This document shows, one piece after another, positions 9,178 through 18,873 of a stretch of DNA of 64,000 nucleotides. A program made the position numbers and the translations under genes. The notes beneath the pieces are model-generated. The model did no database searches. It was given only the letters and a program-made list of their open reading frames with translations, and was not told where the DNA came from. Position 1 is the first letter of the stretch. Every line of letters starts with the position of its first letter. Source of the stretch: a virus. The stretch is taken from the IMG/VR virus record IMGVR_UViG_3300005836_000042, positions 3,616 through 67,615 of that record; one strand, written 5' to 3'.

Positions 9178-10284
9178 ATGCCTGACGATTTCGAGCCTGA
9201 CGTAGCGGGTGGCGGCGAGCCAGCGGGTGACGAGCCCGTTGTCGACGAGACCTCTACCCCTGAGGGGGAACCGGCTGAACCCCAGGGTGACGGTGCTGCC
9301 GAGGACACCACTTCTGACGTAGACGATCAGCAAGGTTCAGAGTCGACCCCTGCAGCAGGCCGCAGCGCGAGACTCCAGAAGCTCCTGGCGAAGTACGGTG
9401 GGGACGAAGACCAGATGGTCGACGCCTACTTCGAGCAGGCCAACTCGATGAGCGAACTGAAGCAGAAGTTCGACGAGCTGGCCGAGAAGTTGACCCAGAA
9501 GCAACTGACCCCCGAGGAGGAGGCGAGGCAACTCGCTGAGGACCCGGACGTCAAGGAGATCGGTGTCGAGTTGGCAAACCTCGACGCTGAGATCAAGGAT
9601 TACGGAGCACGGGACAAGCAGCTGGTCTCCGAGTACGGTCAGTTGGAGACCACGATTCAGGCTCTGACGGCGAAGTTGGAGTTCGCCCCGGACGACCTGA
9701 CGAAGATGGAGCTGAAGCGAGAGATCGCGGAAGCCAAGCGTGAGCAGAAGGACGTGGCGCGAGACTGGCGTTCCAACCAGTCTGCTCTGCGTAACAGCAA
9801 TCGTCTTCTGCAGAGCGCCATCCGGGACTACCGTGAAGCGGAATCCAAGGCCAAGGCGAAGAGGGAACAGGCAAAGAAACTGGAGTGGGACCAGAAGGCA
9901 GACGCAGCAGCGACGAAGAAGGACTTCTCCGATTCGATCCGGGCCGAGGCAGCCGCGTACGGCATCGAGCAGAAAAGCTCGAAGTACTCGATGATCCAGC
10001 AGGCGATTCAAAACCGGCTGGTGACCTACCTCCGCTCGCTTGGCGAAGAGGCTGAGGGGATCGACATCCCCGAGGCTGTCGGGCTCCTGTTCAAGGAGTA
10101 CGCCGAGGGCATGGGCCACAAGCGTCGTGGACGTGCTCTCGCCCAGGCAAAGGACGCGACTCGGTCGAAGCCCCTTTCTCCTGACCTGAAGGCGACTGAT
10201 CCGAAGGCTCCACCCAAGGACAAGACCGGCAACTACTGGGACCCCAAATTCGTCCGGGAGCGGGCGAAGCAGATGTTGGGGTAG
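9178..10284 (+). CDS. capsid scaffolding protein
   Basis: Acidic disordered N-terminus, long coiled coil, directly upstream of the capsid gene. Confidence 0.8.
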   Translation: MPDDFEPDVAGGGEPAGDEPVVDETSTPEGEPAEPQGDGAAEDTTSDVDDQQGSESTPAAGRSARLQKLLAKYGGDEDQMVDAYFEQANSMSELKQKFDELAEKLTQKQLTPEEEARQLAEDPDVKEIGVELANLDAEIKDYGARDKQLVSEYGQLETTIQALTAKLEFAPDDLTKMELKREIAEAKREQKDVARDWRSNQSALRNSNRLLQSAIRDYREAESKAKAKREQAKKLEWDQKADAAATKKDFSDSIRAEAAAYGIEQKSSKYSMIQQAIQNRLVTYLRSLGEEAEGIDIPEAVGLLFKEYAEGMGHKRRGRALAQAKDATRSKPLSPDLKATDPKAPPKDKTGNYWDPKFVRERAKQMLG

Positions 10285-10311
10285 TTGCTGTCGGTCGGGT
10301 GAGGTTCTCTC

Positions 10312-11622
10312 ATGGCTGGTGAGTTCCAGAACGCTGGGGTGGCGATCAAGACCGTTTACCCCACGAAGGCCCTGGAGCCGATGATCAACGAGGAGGCCCC
10401 GTTCCGGGCCAAGCTCTCCAAGAGCATCCCCGCTGGTGGAAAGGTCTCCGAGGGGGACGTCAAGTTCAACGGCATCCTGGCGCTGCCGCAGAACGTCGCA
10501 CAGATCCAGGACGGTGACGACCTGCAGGACGCGGGCGAGCGGTCGGAGGTGCAGTTCAACCTGCGGCCGACGATCTTCACGGCCACCATGAACATCGGGT
10601 GGCTGACCCGCAAGGCGATCAACAGCAACAAGAGCGGCTTCAACGGCGGTGAGGTTCGTCGCCGCACCGAGGAGACGGTCGGCAACCTGGGCAAGTTCAT
10701 CGAGTCGCAGTACGTGGGCTCGTACGGGAACGGCTCGCGTGGCTTCGTGGAGACGAGCGCTGCGGGTTACCTGCAGCTGCGGCTCCCGGAGACGACCAAG
10801 CTGGTTCGGCAGGGGATGAAGGTCTCCGTCCGCGTCAGCACCAACATCGCCACCGTTCGGCACGCTTCGCTCGACGGCATCCGTGTGTCGAGCGTCAACC
10901 CCGACACCCGGCGCATCACGCTGACCGGCGTGGCGGACCACACCGCAGGCGGCACCGTCGTGGCCGACGACCAGATCATCGTCACCACGAAGGCCTCGCA
11001 GGTGATCACCAACGTGTTCGCCAACTCGCTTCGTTCGCTGATCGACGATGGCACCGTGGCGCAGTACATCCACGGCGTCGACCGCACCACGGCGGGCAAC
11101 GAGAAGCTGAAGTCCTACGTGGACTCCAACGGCGGAACGCCGCGTGATCTCACCGAGCAGATCCTCATCAAGGCCAACCACGCCATCCGCGAGGGCGTGG
11201 GCAAGCGGCCCACCGACATGTGGTGCGGGCCTGGGCAGTTCCAGAAGTACATCGACTTCGTGGCTCCGGACCGGCGCCGCGCGGTTTCGGGCGGGACGTA
11301 CGACAAGTCCACCGGCTACAAGTCGGAGGACGAGTTCGTGCACTACGCGCCCGGTGTCGCGCTCCGCATGAACCTCAGCTTCGACGTCATCCCCCGCGAG
11401 CTGTTCCTGATCTCGTGGGACACCATGTTCCACTACCTCGCGCAGGAGATGCAGTGGGTCGACGACGACTCGATGCTGCACCTCGCGCTGGGCACCTCGG
11501 GCGCCAGCTACCGTGCCCGGTGGGACAGCTTCATGTCCTCGATGGAGAACATCGGCTGCGACATGCCCTCGGCCAACGGAGTGATCCGCGACCTGAAGGC
11601 ACCGGACATCGGCGACGTCTAA
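10312..11622 (+). CDS. major capsid protein (HK97 fold)
   Basis: 436 aa after scaffold, very strong codon bias, DLTEQIL...PTDMWCGPGQFQKY P-domain-like motif. Confidence 0.85.
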   Translation: MAGEFQNAGVAIKTVYPTKALEPMINEEAPFRAKLSKSIPAGGKVSEGDVKFNGILALPQNVAQIQDGDDLQDAGERSEVQFNLRPTIFTATMNIGWLTRKAINSNKSGFNGGEVRRRTEETVGNLGKFIESQYVGSYGNGSRGFVETSAAGYLQLRLPETTKLVRQGMKVSVRVSTNIATVRHASLDGIRVSSVNPDTRRITLTGVADHTAGGTVVADDQIIVTTKASQVITNVFANSLRSLIDDGTVAQYIHGVDRTTAGNEKLKSYVDSNGGTPRDLTEQILIKANHAIREGVGKRPTDMWCGPGQFQKYIDFVAPDRRRAVSGGTYDKSTGYKSEDEFVHYAPGVALRMNLSFDVIPRELFLISWDTMFHYLAQEMQWVDDDSMLHLALGTSGASYRARWDSFMSSMENIGCDMPSANGVIRDLKAPDIGDV

Positions 11623-11640
11623 GCATCTCGGGTAGGGCAC

Positions 11641-11685
11641 GTGGGGGCGAGAGATCGCCCCCGCAACCCAGCGCTAGGGCTGGGT
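11641..11685 (+). terminator. tandem hairpins after capsid gene (terminator or mRNA stabiliser)
   Basis: GTGGGGGCGA-GAGA-TCGCCCCCGC (10 bp, GNRA loop) and ACCCAGC-GCTAGG-GCTGGGT; no U tract. Confidence 0.5.
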
Positions 11686-11705
11686 AACTCGAAAAGGAAC
11701 AGGAC

Positions 11706-12506
11706 ATGAGCGTTCATCGCAGGCACATCGGGTTGGGGGCCGTCTCCCCCAAGAAGCTCTCCGCCGTTCTGCGCAACGGCAAGTACATCGAGGAGTACTT
11801 CAACTACCAGCCTCGCTGCACCGCGCCGAACGGCTACTCGGATCCCAGCGGGGTCGACACGGAGACGTTCCGGGTCCACCTCAAGAACGGTGGCAACCTG
11901 CTGGGGACGTACATCGGAACGGGTACGCAGCTCGCTCCGAAGCTCACGGCTGGCGTCTTCGAGATCTCGCTCGACGAGGCCGCGAGCGACGGCGTCGAGT
12001 ACAACCCCGTCAGCGAGCTGGGCGTGGGTGTTGCCTACGGGCAGCACGTCCTCACTCGTGGTGCGCAGCCTGCGCACTTCATTCGGGCGAAGCTGAAGGT
12101 GGTGGACGTCTCGGAGATCTCCTACTGCGCGGTCGGCTATCGCAAGGCGGGAGCGGTCGTGCCGGTGTTCGACAACTACACAGACGCGGCCATCATCAAG
12201 CTCGACTCGGGTACGGTGAAGATCGACACGATCACCAACAACGCAGCGACAGCGACTACGACTACCACGAAGACCGTGGCGGATGGAGTGGAGTTCGAGC
12301 TGAAGGCGGTGCTGGAGAAGTACGCAGTGCGCTTCTTCTGCAACGGGAAGGAGTACGGCTCCAAGTTCGCCATCTACTCGGGTGTCACCAGCGTCATCCC
12401 CATGCTGTTGGTGTTCCAGAAGGCTGCTGGCGCGGGGTCGGTGGTCAGCTGCTCCGAGCTGGAGGTTGGCTTCCTGGACGACGTCGACGACCACAGGATT
12501 CTCTGA
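11706..12506 (+). CDS. putative minor capsid/decoration protein (beta-rich)
   Basis: 266 aa directly after the capsid gene; beta-strand-rich composition. Confidence 0.5.
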   Translation: MSVHRRHIGLGAVSPKKLSAVLRNGKYIEEYFNYQPRCTAPNGYSDPSGVDTETFRVHLKNGGNLLGTYIGTGTQLAPKLTAGVFEISLDEAASDGVEYNPVSELGVGVAYGQHVLTRGAQPAHFIRAKLKVVDVSEISYCAVGYRKAGAVVPVFDNYTDAAIIKLDSGTVKIDTITNNAATATTTTTKTVADGVEFELKAVLEKYAVRFFCNGKEYGSKFAIYSGVTSVIPMLLVFQKAAGAGSVVSCSELEVGFLDDVDDHRIL

Positions 12507-12517
12507 GGAGAGAAGTT

Positions 12518-13285
12518 GTGGATCTGGCTAGCTGGGCGGATGGGATCGACATCGAACAGGTGCCGGTAGCCCCCAGCGTGCTGCCGCGAGGCCGGGTGCA
12601 GTTGCGGGATTCGTTCCACACCGCACCCGGCTATCGCGAGATCGGGATGTTCTACTCGTGTGTCCCCGATCCGGTCTACCCCTGGGACCCGAAGGTGGTG
12701 CGGGAGATCTGGAAGTTTGCTCCCGATGCGGTGCCGATGTGGGTCCAGTGGGTTTTCATGAGTCCCCAGGAAACCGGCAACCCTGAGATCGTGGTCTTCG
12801 GGCGTCATGCGCTTGGGCGCTCGATCAAGAACCAGCGTGCGTACCTGGAGCCGTTTCGGGTGCACATGCCCACGATGCCGTGTCAGGGCCTCAAGTTCGA
12901 CCGTCCAAACGACATCTGGTTCATTCATCAGGGGTTGATGGGCCAGCACCCCAAGTACAAGGATCTGCCGGGAGACTACCTCCCGTTCGATTCTGATCTC
13001 GTGAAGAAGGTGGCGGACATCTCCGAGGGCTTCAAGATGTCCGACAAGGAGTACCGCGAGCGTCTCGAAGACGTGATGATCAAGCAAGTCGTTGGTCGAG
13101 AGATGCGGCGGGTGATCCACAACAGGTTGGAGAAGGCGTACGCACGCAAGCAGGTCTTGAACTACGTGGACCGGCAGTACGAGAAGGTCTCGGAGAACGA
13201 GGCGCGTGACTACTACCTGGGGCGTGGACGACGTCGGGAGCGGAAGCCCTTTGTCGATGTGGGGTCTACCCCCACAAGGAGATGA
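12518..13285 (+). CDS. hypothetical protein
   Basis: 255 aa with GAGGAG SD. Confidence 0.75.
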   Translation: MDLASWADGIDIEQVPVAPSVLPRGRVQLRDSFHTAPGYREIGMFYSCVPDPVYPWDPKVVREIWKFAPDAVPMWVQWVFMSPQETGNPEIVVFGRHALGRSIKNQRAYLEPFRVHMPTMPCQGLKFDRPNDIWFIHQGLMGQHPKYKDLPGDYLPFDSDLVKKVADISEGFKMSDKEYRERLEDVMIKQVVGREMRRVIHNRLEKAYARKQVLNYVDRQYEKVSENEARDYYLGRGRRRERKPFVDVGSTPTRR

Positions 13286-14109
13286 GCATGGCGTCCCCAG
13301 CACAGCCGTACATTCCGAACTTCGGGTACAAGCCGCAGGCGTTCACCGTCCACAATCCCTCTCCAGAGGCGGTCAACGTGCGGTGGGCGGGACTCGCGTT
13401 CACGGTCCCTCCTGCGGACACGCTCTCGCACAAGCCGGGGAAGTACGACGATGGTGGGGTCATCCCTGGAACGCTTTCCCTGGAGGACGCCTACAGCTTC
13501 GGGCCGGATGGGAACCTGCCGAACCCTGGTGCGCCGCCCAACTGGTTCGCAGCCGAGGCGGTCAGGAACATGTTGGGGATCGACTCGCAGGGGATCGCGA
13601 CGAGTCCCTACGCGAAGCGAGGGCTCAGCGTGCTGCCTCCAAACCCGACGCGGGCGCAGGTGGCAGAGATCGCTGCGGCTGGGATGAAGCGCTACCACCA
13701 GTTCCTGGTGGACTGGGCGCAGTACACCGTCATGGCGTGGGCGGACTCGGCGGAGCGGGCTCGGCGTGCGGGGGTGGCGGCGGTGCCTCCGGGACGGGAC
13801 TACTACAAGGCCGAGATCATCATCAAGAAGCACAACGAGGAGATGAAGAAGATGCTGGGGTACGTGCCTCAGCAGGCTGAGCAGGAGATCGCGGACGACG
13901 ACATCGAGTTCCAGGCCTACGCCATTGCTGAGGCGATGAAGATCGCCAAGACCGTGGCAGACGACAAGAACGTGAGCAGCGCTGAGCTGGCCGAGAAGAT
14001 GATCGAAGACCCCAAGATCCGGCAGCAGCTGATGAAGAAGTACCGCATCCGCAGGGTGGGTCATCTCGACGTGCCCACTGTTGGGGCCGAGGGAGAAGAC
14101 CCGCAGTAA
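13282..14109 (+). CDS. hypothetical virion-module protein
   Basis: 275 aa; AAGGAG SD, likely start ATG 13288. Confidence 0.75.
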   Translation: MSMASPAQPYIPNFGYKPQAFTVHNPSPEAVNVRWAGLAFTVPPADTLSHKPGKYDDGGVIPGTLSLEDAYSFGPDGNLPNPGAPPNWFAAEAVRNMLGIDSQGIATSPYAKRGLSVLPPNPTRAQVAEIAAAGMKRYHQFLVDWAQYTVMAWADSAERARRAGVAAVPPGRDYYKAEIIIKKHNEEMKKMLGYVPQQAEQEIADDDIEFQAYAIAEAMKIAKTVADDKNVSSAELAEKMIEDPKIRQQLMKKYRIRRVGHLDVPTVGAEGEDPQ

Positions 14110-14118
14110 GGGGGTGGG

Positions 14119-14829
14119 GTGCCGTACGCTCTCGTCGATGATCTACTCAGGGACGTTGCGAGCCACTACGATGACACCGATGCGACGGCATTCGTGTTGC
14201 CGACGTCCAAGCTCAACCGCTATCTCCATTACGTTCAGCGGACGCTCGACGAGATCTACAACTTCAAGCCGTGGCCCTGGAAGATGGCGTACAAGACGTT
14301 GCAGTTCAACGTCAGCCCAGCGAACGGCAGGGAAGCTGCGGTCCCCAAAGACTTCGCCAATGTAGGACCGAACGGAGCGCTGTTCGACCCACGGGGAGAG
14401 CCGTGGGCCGAGATCTCGTTCCGGGACATGATCGCGCTCCACGCCAGTGGCTCTGGCCAGTCGAACCACCTCTTCGCGGTCGGGAGAAGGCAGGCGGACG
14501 CTTCTGCTGCGGTAGGGGATGGTGGGATCAAGAACGCCGACTCCAGGGGCCTGCTGATCCCGGATCCCAACCGAACCGACGTCTTCACGCTGTTCTACGA
14601 GACGTCACCGCCCAAGGCTGCACTCGGGGCGGTCATCCCCATCCCCGAGTCGATGCACAACGCTCTGCTGTTGGGGACGGTGGCGAAGCTCCAAGAGGGA
14701 AAGGCTGATCCACGAGACATCTGGCGGGCGGAGTACGTGACTGCGCTCTCCAAGCAGGTTGCTGCGCTCATGCCGTTGACGTCGAGGATGCGGCAGATGC
14801 CGATGACGACAGGGAGGCGAATGTGGTGA
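14119..14829 (+). CDS. head-tail adaptor (P22 gp4 / tail tubular A-like)
   Basis: Helical N-terminus ending WPW, xPxDF motif, C-terminal IPESMHNALLLG; expected position. Confidence 0.65.
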   Translation: MPYALVDDLLRDVASHYDDTDATAFVLPTSKLNRYLHYVQRTLDEIYNFKPWPWKMAYKTLQFNVSPANGREAAVPKDFANVGPNGALFDPRGEPWAEISFRDMIALHASGSGQSNHLFAVGRRQADASAAVGDGGIKNADSRGLLIPDPNRTDVFTLFYETSPPKAALGAVIPIPESMHNALLLGTVAKLQEGKADPRDIWRAEYVTALSKQVAALMPLTSRMRQMPMTTGRRMW

Positions 14830-15617
14830 AGAAGGTTCTTGCAGGGCTGGCACTCCTGCTGCTGGCTGCGCATCCGGTGGGAAGCGCAGAGGCGGTCCAG
14901 AGCGCGTTTGCCTACAACATCGACGTCGATTCAGCGACGGTCACGTACTTCAAGCACGTCGGTCAGAATGGGTCTCCCTTCGGAGGCTCGATCCTGGGGC
15001 CGGGGACCATCAAGACCACGGGCTCGTCGACTACTGTTGCGGAGGCGGTGGCAGGGAGCAACCCCTTCACCGACATCGCAGTTGGTGATGTTCTCGAAGT
15101 GGCGCCGATCGGCACCAGCGGGCGGAGAACCTACCTGCGGGTGGATGCCCGAGCGAGTGCTGCCTCCATCACGGTGGACACCGCAGTCGATCTTGGGACC
15201 GGAGTGGCGTGGCGCTACTGGAGGCTGCAGTCTGGGACCACAGTCAACGATGGGTGGTTTCCTGTCAGCGGGGCAACGAGCGTCACGATCGGGGTCTACT
15301 GGGTCCAAGGAGATCTCGATGCGTTGCAGGTGATCTGGCAATGCAGGAGCGCAGCTCCAGGATCGAAGCCAATGCAGGTGTTCCCAGGGCTCACCTCGGA
15401 GTGCGGCTTGGGGGGCAGTGCTGCGACGGTTCCCGGCTTCTGTACCTATCCGGTTGCGCAGGTGGGCCAAGCGACCGCGACGACAGTGCAGATCGTCTTC
15501 GGCAACTACTCGGAGTGCCGCGTGGGCTTGAAGTACACGACGACTGACACCAGCGATGCCGGGGCCAACCTGGAGAAGGTGATGGTCACCGTCGACACTT
15601 CGCGGAGCACTCCATGA
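14823..15617 (+). CDS. signal-peptide-bearing, beta-rich tail-like protein
   Basis: MKKVLAGLALLLLAAHPVGSAEA N-terminus; GTIKTTGSSTTV...FTDIAVGD motif typical of tail proteins. Confidence 0.7.
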   Translation: MVKKVLAGLALLLLAAHPVGSAEAVQSAFAYNIDVDSATVTYFKHVGQNGSPFGGSILGPGTIKTTGSSTTVAEAVAGSNPFTDIAVGDVLEVAPIGTSGRRTYLRVDARASAASITVDTAVDLGTGVAWRYWRLQSGTTVNDGWFPVSGATSVTIGVYWVQGDLDALQVIWQCRSAAPGSKPMQVFPGLTSECGLGGSAATVPGFCTYPVAQVGQATATTVQIVFGNYSECRVGLKYTTTDTSDAGANLEKVMVTVDTSRSTP

Positions 15618-16105
15618 AGCGGGCCGCAGTTGTAGTGAGCCTGCTGCTTGCAGCAGCTCTCAGCTCATCACAGGTCCGTCCGATTCCGCCTGCTGATGTA
15701 GTCCCAGCGGCAGGGCCTGCAACTGCGCCGGTGGTGCCTGCTGACTTCACTGCCCCGACTTGCAACATTACTGCCCCAAGCACGGGTCCGGTGGCTGGGT
15801 TGTCTACCGTCGTCAGCGTGACTTCGACGGATGCTCTCAGTGGGGTGAAGAAGGTGACCTTCGCTTGGGTCTACTGTGCTGCGGTTGGAGCATGCGACCA
15901 GGTTCCTCCGAACGTGGAAGTGCAGACGGACTTGGTCCCGAACCCAGACACGACAGGCTCACCCTACACGTCGACCTGGACCTTTCCTGCATGTGGTCCA
16001 TACCCTAACGACAGGTTCATGATCGTGGCCTACTGTGAGGACAACGGGGGGAACATCGTGCGGGTACGGGTTGACGACTTGCGGTTGACGGGGAGGGGAT
16101 GTTGA
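15614..16105 (+). CDS. signal-peptide-bearing Ig-like domain protein
   Basis: MKRAAVVVSLLLAAALSS; PTCNITAPS...VSVTSTDALSGVKKVTF...YTSTW Ig-like pattern; 6 Cys. Confidence 0.7.
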   Translation: MKRAAVVVSLLLAAALSSSQVRPIPPADVVPAAGPATAPVVPADFTAPTCNITAPSTGPVAGLSTVVSVTSTDALSGVKKVTFAWVYCAAVGACDQVPPNVEVQTDLVPNPDTTGSPYTSTWTFPACGPYPNDRFMIVAYCEDNGGNIVRVRVDDLRLTGRGC

Positions 16106-17370
16106 GAAAACTGGTAGCTGGGCTCTTCTTGCTGGCGGCTCCTGCTGCTGCGCAGGTTTCCTCCATCCCTCCGCAGTCTTCTTCAGCTGGTGTAGGGACT
16201 GAGGCGGTTCACCTGACCCAAGCCTGGACGGCACCTGCGTACGGTTCCGAGCTGGTGACGAATGGCACCTTCACTGGCAGCGCGACTGGGTGGACGCTCG
16301 GTGGTGGAGGGGGCGCACCGGACTGGGCCTACGCGGCAAACGCTGTCTCACACACGAGCGGCGGCGGAACGGCAACGCTCACGCCTTCGACGCCAATCGT
16401 TCCATCGGTCGGGACCGACACGTTCTACATGATCACCTTCACCCTCTCTTCGGTGACGAGTGGAACGCTGACGGTTAGCTTCGCTGGAGGTTCAGCGACC
16501 TACCGCGACAGTGGGACCTACGACACCTTCTTTGGTGTGGCCTCCACTGCCAACTTAGCATTCACTCCAACGAACGACTTCGCTGGGACCATCGACGACA
16601 TCTCGGTCAAGACCGCGACGAAGGCCAGCTCGGCGTTCAGCATCCCGCACAACACAGGGTCTGATGGCATTGTCGAGCTGCGGTCGAAGGGAAACGACCT
16701 CTACTTCGGAGCGTGGTCTGCCCCATGGGCAAACGCGAACACGTACTGGAACGTGACCCTCGGGTGGGGCGCTGGATTCAACTTCGGCGGCGGCGGGCCA
16801 GCGGTTCTCAACCGCGACAACGTCTGCATCGGCACCGACTCCTGCAACTGGTCGAGCCGCCTCAACGACAGCGTCTTCGTTGGTGCCTTCGCAGGCAGGT
16901 TGGTGTCGGGCAACAGCGCGAACAACACGGCAGTCGGATCTGGCGCGCTTCAGCTCTACCCCACCGGAGCCATCGTGAATGGCGACACGATGATCGGCAC
17001 CAGCACGGGGCAAAACTGGAATTCGGACAACAGCACTTGCGTGGGATACAACAACTGCATAACCGGCACGGCTCTCAACAATGTCACCGTGCTCGGCTAC
17101 AACATCACCCCCGTCACCGCCAACACCGCAGTCGTTGGCAACGGGAGCACCACCGATGTGTGGATCGGGGATGCTGACGGCTCAGGTGCTGCAGCCGCGA
17201 AGCTCCACACCAAGGGCATCGAGGACACGGGTACCACGTTTGCCTCGCTCGGGACTCCAGCGAACGGGACGCTGATCTACTGTTCTGACTGCACGATCGC
17301 GAATCCTTGCGCCGGAAGTGGTACTGGTGCGTTCGCCAAGCGTCTCAACGGCGCCTGGGTGTGTAACTAG
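16099..17370 (+). CDS. signal-peptide-bearing fibre/adhesin-like protein (CBM-like domain plus beta-helix/autotransporter-adhesin-like repeats)
   Basis: MLRKLVAGLFLLAAPAAA-Q; ELVTNGTF...W...GTIDDISVK CBM-like block; NTAVGSGAL-type repeats. Confidence 0.7.
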   Translation: MLRKLVAGLFLLAAPAAAQVSSIPPQSSSAGVGTEAVHLTQAWTAPAYGSELVTNGTFTGSATGWTLGGGGGAPDWAYAANAVSHTSGGGTATLTPSTPIVPSVGTDTFYMITFTLSSVTSGTLTVSFAGGSATYRDSGTYDTFFGVASTANLAFTPTNDFAGTIDDISVKTATKASSAFSIPHNTGSDGIVELRSKGNDLYFGAWSAPWANANTYWNVTLGWGAGFNFGGGGPAVLNRDNVCIGTDSCNWSSRLNDSVFVGAFAGRLVSGNSANNTAVGSGALQLYPTGAIVNGDTMIGTSTGQNWNSDNSTCVGYNNCITGTALNNVTVLGYNITPVTANTAVVGNGSTTDVWIGDADGSGAAAAKLHTKGIEDTGTTFASLGTPANGTLIYCSDCTIANPCAGSGTGAFAKRLNGAWVCN

Positions 17371-17837
17371 TGACAGAGGACATCTTCCGGGTGCTGGTGA
17401 AGGAGGAGGGGATCAAGCTCGATCCCTATCGCGACCACATGGGCTGGTGGACGATAGGCATCGGGCACCTGATCGACCGCAGGAAGGGTGGTGGGTTGCC
17501 TCCGTGGGTGAAACCCAGCTTCCCAATCACTCAGACTGAGGCCGAGGAGATGTGCCGTGACGACATCGCCACGATGGGGGTTGGGCTGAAGAACCAGCTC
17601 CATTGGTGGGAGAACACGAGCGACGTCGCCAGGAGCCTGCTGGTGCTGATGGCCTTTCAGCTGGGGGTTGGTGGAGTTCTTGTCTTCAAGCGGATGCTGG
17701 AAGCTGTGAAGGGTGGGGATTTCGATCTTGCGGCGAAGGAGATGCGGGACAGCGCGTGGTGGCGGGTGCAGACACCACAGCGTGCTGAGCGCATGGCGCA
17801 GGCGATGGAGACGCAGTCGCTGAGGGGGTTGCTCTAA
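17370..17837 (+). CDS. T4-type lysozyme (GH24 endolysin)
   Basis: E-x8-D-x5-T catalytic triad (EGIKLDPYRDHMGWWT), TIGIGH, SAWWRVQTPQRAER. Confidence 0.93.
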   Translation: MTEDIFRVLVKEEGIKLDPYRDHMGWWTIGIGHLIDRRKGGGLPPWVKPSFPITQTEAEEMCRDDIATMGVGLKNQLHWWENTSDVARSLLVLMAFQLGVGGVLVFKRMLEAVKGGDFDLAAKEMRDSAWWRVQTPQRAERMAQAMETQSLRGLL

Positions 17838-18151
17838 TGCCTTTGGGTGGAAGTATCGCGTATGGGGGCAACCTGCTGGGTGGAACTGCAAGCGCTCAGC
17901 AGACTCCCCCGCAGATGCCACGGCCTCAACGTCCGATGGACCCGAACAGCCAGATGGGGCAGTTCAAGCAGAAGGGCCTGCAGGGAGGCCAGCGTGGGCT
18001 TCGTCGTCCACGCGCGAGACAGCAGGCGGATGCGTTGTCGCAGCAAGGAAGGCCCCCGCAGCAGGTGACGGATGCTCTCATCAACATGTTGGGGTTCGAC
18101 GTGAACGACCCGATGTTGAGGTTGAACCCGAGGACAGGGCGTAGGGTCTGA
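17837..18151 (+). CDS. Gln/Gly/Pro-rich hypothetical protein
   Basis: 104 aa, TAATG coupling; contains ARQQADAL. Confidence 0.75.
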   Translation: MPLGGSIAYGGNLLGGTASAQQTPPQMPRPQRPMDPNSQMGQFKQKGLQGGQRGLRRPRARQQADALSQQGRPPQQVTDALINMLGFDVNDPMLRLNPRTGRRV

Positions 18152-18873
18152 TGGCGCACAGCGATCCGTACGAGGACTGGAAGGAACAGGGCAGGCCCGG
18201 TGGCAGCTACGAGGCGTGGCTTAGCGGGCAGACGACTGCCGCGACGGATGCTCCACAAAAACAGAACATCGCCCTACCTCAGACGGCTCAGCCTGCTGAG
18301 CAGAAAGCGGGGATCGGTGGCCCAGGCTGGAACGAAGACTTCGACCAAGCATGGGCGCGGCGCGTCCTTGACAACTCTCAGCTCAAGGATGCGTTCGGGC
18401 TCTCCGACACCTCGTCGCTGCGTGACGAGGAAACACGCAGGCAGATCAACCGGTGGCTTCGTGAGCACCGTGGAAGCGGAAGCGATAGCAGCCCTGCCGC
18501 AGCTGGAGCGACGACTGCAGCTGCAGCGGTTCCTGCTGCTGGCAAACCAGCTAGCACAACTGGCACAGGAGCTGGGGCGAAAGCACCGACTCAACCCACC
18601 GGCACGACGGGGAAGGCTACCGTCGTTTCTGGAAAGGAGACAGCAAGCGCTCAGCAGGCTCCAAGCTCGGGTCACCTCATTCTAGGTGGGGTTCGCCCGC
18701 CAATGGGACTCGTCTACGGGAACACGGTGGTGCCTGCGGCAGGGGGCTCGATCCCTGCGCTCCAGGGACCCTGGTGGCCGTCGTATCCTCCAGGGAATGC
18801 CGCTAAGCTAGCGGTTCGACCGGGTACTGCATCAGCGCAAGCTGCAGCCCTGACTGAACAAAGGGGGACGTGA
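18151..18873 (+). CDS. Ala/Thr/Gly-rich hypothetical protein
   Basis: 240 aa, TGATG coupling; ASAQAAAL near the C-terminus. Confidence 0.75.
   Translation: MAHSDPYEDWKEQGRPGGSYEAWLSGQTTAATDAPQKQNIALPQTAQPAEQKAGIGGPGWNEDFDQAWARRVLDNSQLKDAFGLSDTSSLRDEETRRQINRWLREHRGSGSDSSPAAAGATTAAAAVPAAGKPASTTGTGAGAKAPTQPTGTTGKATVVSGKETASAQQAPSSGHLILGGVRPPMGLVYGNTVVPAAGGSIPALQGPWWPSYPPGNAAKLAVRPGTASAQAAALTEQRGT

Noticed and set aside
9337-11640. 767-aa antisense ORF over scaffold and capsid (likewise 22600-24609, 27475-29763, 29875-32130, 32146-33774, 57587-59986)
   Set aside because: Shadow frames of GC-rich genes with strong codon bias; compositions are unnatural (Arg/Leu/Val/His-rich) with no motifs or RBS
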